64,000 bases of DNA, taken from contig JBEEPQ010000005.1 of assembly GCA_041191025.1 (NCBI GenBank), positions 210,204 through 274,203 on the forward strand. Reading direction: 5' to 3'. The stretch's first letter is position 1. Every line of letters starts with the position of its first letter. This document shows positions 58,945 to 64,000 of this stretch, in pieces. The position numbers and the translations under genes are program-made. This stretch comes from Bacteroidota bacterium. GTDB lineage: Bacteria > Bacteroidota > Bacteroidia > Flavobacteriales_D > Crocinitomicaceae. The notes under the pieces were generated by a model. That model was not told the DNA's origin and searched no databases. It saw only the letters and a list, made by a program, of their open reading frames with translations.

Positions 58945-60336
58945 TTAATTTATAATCGCTTGAATTTCAGTGATTATACGTTTTGCAAGGGCGTCTGCTG
59001 CTTCGGCATTTTTACTTTCAGAATATATGCGAATGATCGGTTCGGTATTGCTTTTTCGCAAATGAACCCATTCTTTTCCAATGTAGATTTTTACGCCGTC
59101 TGTGGTATCAACCTCCTCGTGAGCGTATGCTTGAGCCATCTTGTTTAGAATGTCATCCACATTGACGTTTGGAGTTAATTCTATTTTATTCTTTGAAATG
59201 GTATATGCGGGATAATGGTCTCTTAATTCAGATACCTTACATTTTTTTTCTGCTAAGTGGCTTAAGAAAAGCGCAATACCAACTAAGGCATCCCGTCCGT
59301 AATGCGACTCAGGGTAGATGATTCCACCATTGCCTTCACCACCAATGACTGCATGTATGGCTTTCATTTTTTCTACCACGTTAACTTCTCCTACTGCCGC
59401 AGCGGCATAGGATTGTTTATGCCACTCTTCGGTTACATCACGCAAGGCGCGCGTAGAAGATAAATTTGAAACAGTGGCTCCTGGAGTTTTTGAAAGCACA
59501 TAATCGGCAACAGCTACGAGCGTATATTCTTCACCGAACATGCTACCGTCCTCGCAAACCATCGCCAAGCGATCCACGTCAGGGTCTACGGTAATACCAA
59601 GATCGGCTTGAGTAGACTTTATTTCATTGGAGAGATCTCCAAGATGTTCAGGGAGTGGTTCTGGATTATGTGGAAAGTGACCTGTGGGTTCACAATACAA
59701 TTTGGTGATTTGAGTAACACCAAGGGCATCCAATAAGGCTGGGACAAAAATGCCACCTGACGAATTTACAGCATCCACAACTACTTTGAAATTTGCTGCG
59801 GCAATCGCGGAACGATTCACTAAGGGTAAAGCGAGAATTGATTCAATGTGTTTGCTTAGGTAGGTATCATTTTGCGTGTGTGTTCCGAGCTCATCTACGG
59901 ATGCAAAATCAAATATTCCTGCTTCGGATAATGCTAAGACCTCTGCGCCAGCTTGGGCAGATAAAAACTCTCCGCGATGATTTAATAGCTTAAGGGCATT
60001 CCATTGCTTTGGATTGTGCGAAGCGGTAAGAATAATTCCGCCTTGAGCTTTTTCTAAAGGAACGGCAATTTCTACGGTAGGAGTTGTGGAAAGTCCCAGG
60101 TCGATTACGTGAATTCCCAAACCAATTAAGGTATTAGCTACTAAGTTTGAAACCATCGAACCAGAAATGCGCGCATCTCGACCAATTACAACGCGTATGG
60201 TTTGATCAGCTGATTGATTCTTTAACCACGTGCCATAGGCCGCTGCAAAAAGCACGGCGTCGATAGGGGTAAGGTTATCACCGGCCTGGCCTCCGATTGT
60301 TCCACGAAATCCAGATATTGATTTTATTAAGGTCAT
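58945..60336 (-). CDS. glmM: Phosphoglucosamine mutase / phosphohexomutase
   Basis: GIILTASHNP phosphoserine loop, DPDVDR metal loop, GGEGNGG. Confidence 0.8.
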   Translation of the reverse strand: MTLIKSISGFRGTIGGQAGDNLTPIDAVLFAAAYGTWLKNQSADQTIRVVIGRDARISGSMVSNLVANTLIGLGIHVIDLGLSTTPTVEIAVPLEKAQGGIILTASHNPKQWNALKLLNHRGEFLSAQAGAEVLALSEAGIFDFASVDELGTHTQNDTYLSKHIESILALPLVNRSAIAAANFKVVVDAVNSSGGIFVPALLDALGVTQITKLYCEPTGHFPHNPEPLPEHLGDLSNEIKSTQADLGITVDPDVDRLAMVCEDGSMFGEEYTLVAVADYVLSKTPGATVSNLSSTRALRDVTEEWHKQSYAAAAVGEVNVVEKMKAIHAVIGGEGNGGIIYPESHYGRDALVGIALFLSHLAEKKCKVSELRDHYPAYTISKNKIELTPNVNVDDILNKMAQAYAHEEVDTTDGVKIYIGKEWVHLRKSNTEPIIRIYSESKNAEAADALAKRIITEIQAIIN

Positions 60337-60340
60337 TGGA

Positions 60341-60820
60341 TTATTTTTGAAGTTTGATCATTTGCAGCAAAGCCACCGCACATTCAACTCCCTTATTTCC
60401 GTGTGTTCCGCCGGAACGATCCAGGGATTGTTGTTTGGTTAGGTCTGTCAATACACAAAAACTCACGGGTTTGTTGAACTTAAGCATTACATCCATTACC
60501 CCTTGTGTTAGTCCTTGACATACAAAATCGAAATGTTTGGTTTCGCCTTGAATCACATTCCCAATTACAAGGACACCATCAAGTTCAGGATGTTTAATAA
60601 ATAGCTGCTGTGCTGCTAGAGGAAGTTCGAAAGATCCCGGAACTGATACCTTTTCTATGGCTGTAATTCCTGCTTGCGTGAACACATCCATGGCGCCTTG
60701 GGCTAATGCATGCGTGATGTCTGCATTCCATTCTGAAACTACGATTCCTACATGGAAGGAGGAAGTTCCTTCAAGTGATGTTGCGTTAAACGAAGAAAGG
60801 TGATGGCCTTCAGTTGCCAT
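60341..60820 (-). CDS. ribH: 6,7-dimethyl-8-ribityllumazine synthase
   Basis: VSEWNADIT, VPGSFELP, and G.T.HFD.V motifs. Confidence 0.9.
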   Translation of the reverse strand: MATEGHHLSSFNATSLEGTSSFHVGIVVSEWNADITHALAQGAMDVFTQAGITAIEKVSVPGSFELPLAAQQLFIKHPELDGVLVIGNVIQGETKHFDFVCQGLTQGVMDVMLKFNKPVSFCVLTDLTKQQSLDRSGGTHGNKGVECAVALLQMIKLQK

Positions 60821-60821
60821 C

Positions 60822-61460
60822 TTATTTCCCCTTTACCGTAGATACTCTAGCGATATATTTGTCTATGGTTTTTTGATTGCCATAGTCTGGATAATCATCA
60901 CGGATTCGTGTGAAATACGCTGAAGCATCTTCAAAATTCTTTGATAATTCCGCATGCAATCCCGCTTTGAATAGATACATTGGAGCAGTAAACTCATTGT
61001 CTAACATGTCTGCAGCTTCTGCATATTTTGTAGCCGCTTGATCGTATTTTTTTAATTCAGAAAGACAATCTCCTTGAAGTCCGACCGTCATCACAGACAT
61101 GTAAGTATCTGAAACAGAAACATCTTCCAATTCGTTCATAGCTTTTTGGAATTGACCTTTCTTCATGTATTGGGTTCCAAGCAAGTATTGTCCAATCTCA
61201 CCACCTACGTGACCATCATATTTCTTTACAAAAGGAACTAACACCTTAATGGCCTGGTCTGTGGAATCCTTTTCTACGTAATTTAATGCAGTCCACCATC
61301 CATCATTCGCTTTTTCATCAGCAGGTGACCAAATGAGTTGACGATAACCGAGGTATAAAACCAATAGCGCTATGATACCACCTCCAATGTAGGTGTATAA
61401 CTTAAATCGTTTGTCCGTATTGAATTTTTGTTTGATGTCTTCCCAATTGAGCATTTCCAT
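60822..61460 (-). CDS. Membrane-anchored TPR-like protein (YfgM-like)
   Basis: One TM helix followed by TPR-like helices. Start uncertain: 61460 or 61454, against the ORF-track 61541. Confidence 0.55.
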   Translation of the reverse strand: MEMLNWEDIKQKFNTDKRFKLYTYIGGGIIALLVLYLGYRQLIWSPADEKANDGWWTALNYVEKDSTDQAIKVLVPFVKKYDGHVGGEIGQYLLGTQYMKKGQFQKAMNELEDVSVSDTYMSVMTVGLQGDCLSELKKYDQAATKYAEAADMLDNEFTAPMYLFKAGLHAELSKNFEDASAYFTRIRDDYPDYGNQKTIDKYIARVSTVKGK

Positions 61461-61600
61461 AATCGCGTATTTGGGTGCGAATTTACGGAATATTTCTGAA
61501 AATACTTCAATGTGGCCCTGCAAGGTTGCAAGGAATTTCATCTGATAAGTTAGTGCGCCAACTTTGCACCAGAATGTTTAACCAAATAAAAAACAACAAC

Positions 61601-62263
61601 ATGAAAAAAAGAACAGTGTATCAACTCATTGTGGATCGCAGTGGGTCAATGACGGGAATGGAACATCAGGTGATTTCTGGCTACAATGAGCAATTGCAGG
61701 CAGCGCAAGGAGTTCAAAGTCGATATCCAGATCAAGAAATCGTAATGGGCTTAAGATTTTTCGACCATAATGTAGACAATAATGTTGCGGATTACAGGCT
61801 TGTGAATGACTTGCTTCCCTTGTCTTTGTATGATTATCAAGTTAAAGGATCAACAGCCCTTTTGGATGCGATTGGTAAATCTATCTATGACATAAAAACG
61901 CGTTTTGGTCACCAAATTACGAACGAGGACACGTCCGTAGTAATGATTATCATCACCGACGGACATGAAAATGCGTCAAGAATGTACACCTATGAGGATA
62001 TTCGTAGAATGGTTTCTGAATTAGAAGCCACAGAGAAATGGAGTTTTACGTTTATGGGGGCTGACTTAGATGCGATTGGGGCATCGAGATCTTTTGGCAT
62101 TAACCCAGACAATACGCTTTCGTTTGATAAAGGGGATTATGCCAGGGTTACAAAGCACTACTTCGAAAATGCGGCCGAATCGTACGCTAATTCGAAAGCA
62201 AAAAATATCAAATCGAATAACTTTTTTAGTATCTTTAAGGACAAAGATATTCGTAAAAAATAA
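61601..62263 (+). CDS. Small von Willebrand factor A (vWA) domain protein
   Basis: MIDAS DRSGSM plus GSTAL and TDGHEN. Start trimmed to MKKRTVYQL. Confidence 0.7.
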   Translation: MKKRTVYQLIVDRSGSMTGMEHQVISGYNEQLQAAQGVQSRYPDQEIVMGLRFFDHNVDNNVADYRLVNDLLPLSLYDYQVKGSTALLDAIGKSIYDIKTRFGHQITNEDTSVVMIIITDGHENASRMYTYEDIRRMVSELEATEKWSFTFMGADLDAIGASRSFGINPDNTLSFDKGDYARVTKHYFENAAESYANSKAKNIKSNNFFSIFKDKDIRKK

Positions 62264-63432
62264 TGAAGGTACATTTAATCAGATCTTCCGATTTTTCTGC
62301 ACAAACCTATCAGTCTGTGTTACAAATTGTTCGACAATATGAGGGGCCAATTGAATTTTTGGCCTCTGAGTCGGATGCGTTTATATCGAATGCCATAGAA
62401 GTGGAAATTGAATCGAAGGAGGCTTTTGAAAAGGCACAGGACCTACCAAAAATGAATATGACTATAGCTGATGATTACAGCGCTGAACTCTCATTGCATT
62501 CCAAACGGCCAAGGTTTTCGTTTCCATTTAAAACAAAACGTGCAAACTGGAAGCACTTTTTTGACGCATGCGAATATTATCGATCCGCAAGAAAGCTACC
62601 GCCTGAAGACTTAGTTATCCTGCTCACCGATACCGCCAATGAAGCCAATTGGTTCGGAGGGGCTGATAAGACCATGAAAAATGCGTTCATTCACACGGCA
62701 GATTGGCACCATTATTTTGATGGCTTGAATGAGCGGTTTCCTATTGCGTATGAAATCATTGCATGGACCATTCGCATGTTGATTATCAAGGATCACTCGG
62801 AAATGCCAAATTACTGGCACAACGAACCCAGAGGATGCATGTCTGATTTCTGTCAGAATAAACGCCAGATTGTACTAAAAATGCGAACTGCGGATATTTG
62901 CATGGATTGTATGAAATTACTGCAGTCGAGCAAGGTTGATGTAAGGATTTTTGGGCAATTAATTGATGCCCTCGATGGCGTTAGAAAGTACTTTTTGTCC
63001 ATAGAGCGTTCCACGTTTTTGAATCGTCCAAGCACCGTATTGGTTTCGGGTTATCTACACCGCATATATTTCCCCGCCTATGGGAATTTAGAATTAATCC
63101 TTAATCCAAAACAACGGGCGATTTATTGTTTTTTCTTGAGGCATCCCGAAGGTGTGCGTTTGGTTGAGTTAGTAGACCATCGAAGTGAAATCGGGGCCTT
63201 GTATCATCGGTTTTCGAATTTTGGATCGATTGAAGAAATAGAAGAGTCGCTAAATTTATTGCTTGATCCCTTGGATAATAACTTAAATGAGACCTTGTCT
63301 CGGATTCGCAGTGCCATAAAACGAACCTTAGGTCCAAGAATTTCACCCAGTTATCAAATCGTTGGAAGTAGAGGAGAGCCGTATCGAATAAATCTTGATG
63401 CAGAATTAATACAAATTGAAAGTATGCTTTAA
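62263..63432 (+). CDS. Hypothetical protein with central Cys4 motif and wHTH-like C-terminus
   Basis: TAATG overlap with the vWA gene. GCMSDFC-x15-CMDC motif. No family recognised. Confidence 0.5.
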   Translation: MKVHLIRSSDFSAQTYQSVLQIVRQYEGPIEFLASESDAFISNAIEVEIESKEAFEKAQDLPKMNMTIADDYSAELSLHSKRPRFSFPFKTKRANWKHFFDACEYYRSARKLPPEDLVILLTDTANEANWFGGADKTMKNAFIHTADWHHYFDGLNERFPIAYEIIAWTIRMLIIKDHSEMPNYWHNEPRGCMSDFCQNKRQIVLKMRTADICMDCMKLLQSSKVDVRIFGQLIDALDGVRKYFLSIERSTFLNRPSTVLVSGYLHRIYFPAYGNLELILNPKQRAIYCFFLRHPEGVRLVELVDHRSEIGALYHRFSNFGSIEEIEESLNLLLDPLDNNLNETLSRIRSAIKRTLGPRISPSYQIVGSRGEPYRINLDAELIQIESML

Positions 63433-63462
63433 TGTTTTTTTGTAGTTTTGGAAAAACAACCT

Positions 63463-63828
63463 ATGAAAAAGTTAATATTTATAAGCCTATTGTGTTTCAG
63501 TTTACCTGTGTTTTATGCACAAAACGCGGTAGATTTGACAAGTAAGGAGTCGATTGAAAATTGGATAAATACCCATCGATTTAAAGCTTCGGTTGAAGGA
63601 GACTTTGATATGTACTTAGAGATTGAGCACTTAAATATCGGAGATGCTCTGGTCTTATCGAATGATCATGGGAAACGTAAAATTTTTGGTCAATTAAGTT
63701 ATCAACTTAATCAAACAGCCCCTTCCGTAGTTGGAATTGGTTTGGAAGAAGGTTCCTTGGAGGTGTTCATTTCTCCTGAAGGAAATTTATTGACTTCAGG
63801 AATGACCTTTATTCCAGAAAAGGAATAG
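63463..63828 (+). CDS. Hypothetical secreted protein
   Basis: Signal peptide MKKLIFISLLCFSLPVFYAQ. Confidence 0.45.
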   Translation: MKKLIFISLLCFSLPVFYAQNAVDLTSKESIENWINTHRFKASVEGDFDMYLEIEHLNIGDALVLSNDHGKRKIFGQLSYQLNQTAPSVVGIGLEEGSLEVFISPEGNLLTSGMTFIPEKE

Positions 63829-63835
63829 TTTTCGT

Positions 63836-64000
63836 ATGAAATTTATTTTTCTTGGAGCCCTTTTCCTATGTGCTTTTACAGGGGTTGGTCAGTACAACCT
63901 TCAGTTGAATCAAGTAGTATTAGTTAGTAATACCTTACAAACCGTTCCGGCAGGAAAAGTATGGAAGGTTGAATCTTACATGCAGGCGGGAATTGCTGCC
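63836..64000 (+). CDS. Hypothetical secreted protein, 3'-partial at the window edge
   Basis: The ATG at 63836 encodes MKFIFLGALFLCAFTGVGQ... and the frame stays open to the end of the window. Confidence 0.4.
   Translation, partial: MKFIFLGALFLCAFTGVGQYNLQLNQVVLVSNTLQTVPAGKVWKVESYMQAGIAA

Overview
The window looks like a Bacteroidota chromosome, probably Flavobacteriia-like. The evidence is six secreted proteins with T9SS C-terminal sorting domains (five type A, one type B), TAnnTTTG-type -7 boxes and the overall gene content. Most of it is conserved core. This includes thrS-infC-rpmI-rplT, rarA, an lpxL-like acyltransferase, murB, fabG, hemB, hutH, ispH, glmM, ribH, cysC, msrB-msrA, an ABC exporter and a WbaP-like sugar transferase. 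Three regions stand out. (1) At 5.3-10.5 kb there is a tightly packed operon of KASIII, ACP, KASIII, SDR, an ArnC-like GT2 and a GNAT. An LpxO-like dioxygenase gene converges on it. I read this as an uncharacterised ACP-dependent acyl-sugar or lipid modification cassette. (2) At 27.3-39.1 kb there is a visibly AT-rich accessory block of about 11.8 kb that ends at tRNA-Ser(UGA). I found no integrase or transposase in it. It carries a lipoprotein gene interrupted at a T9 tract, followed by two paralogous beta-barrel-like genes. It also carries a four-gene operon (small Cys-motif protein, polytopic membrane protein, HisKA_3 kinase, LuxR regulator) that diverges from an S8 protease / propeller T9SS cargo pair. 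A membrane protein / wHTH pair and three 160-bp tandem repeats complete the block. The repeats share a 17-mer with the tRNA 3' flank. An imperfect 31-nt direct repeat brackets about 10 kb of the block. (3) At 61.6-63.4 kb a small vWA protein is translationally coupled to a 389-aa protein of unknown function with a Cys4 motif. All functional calls rest on motifs read from the translations. No database search was possible.
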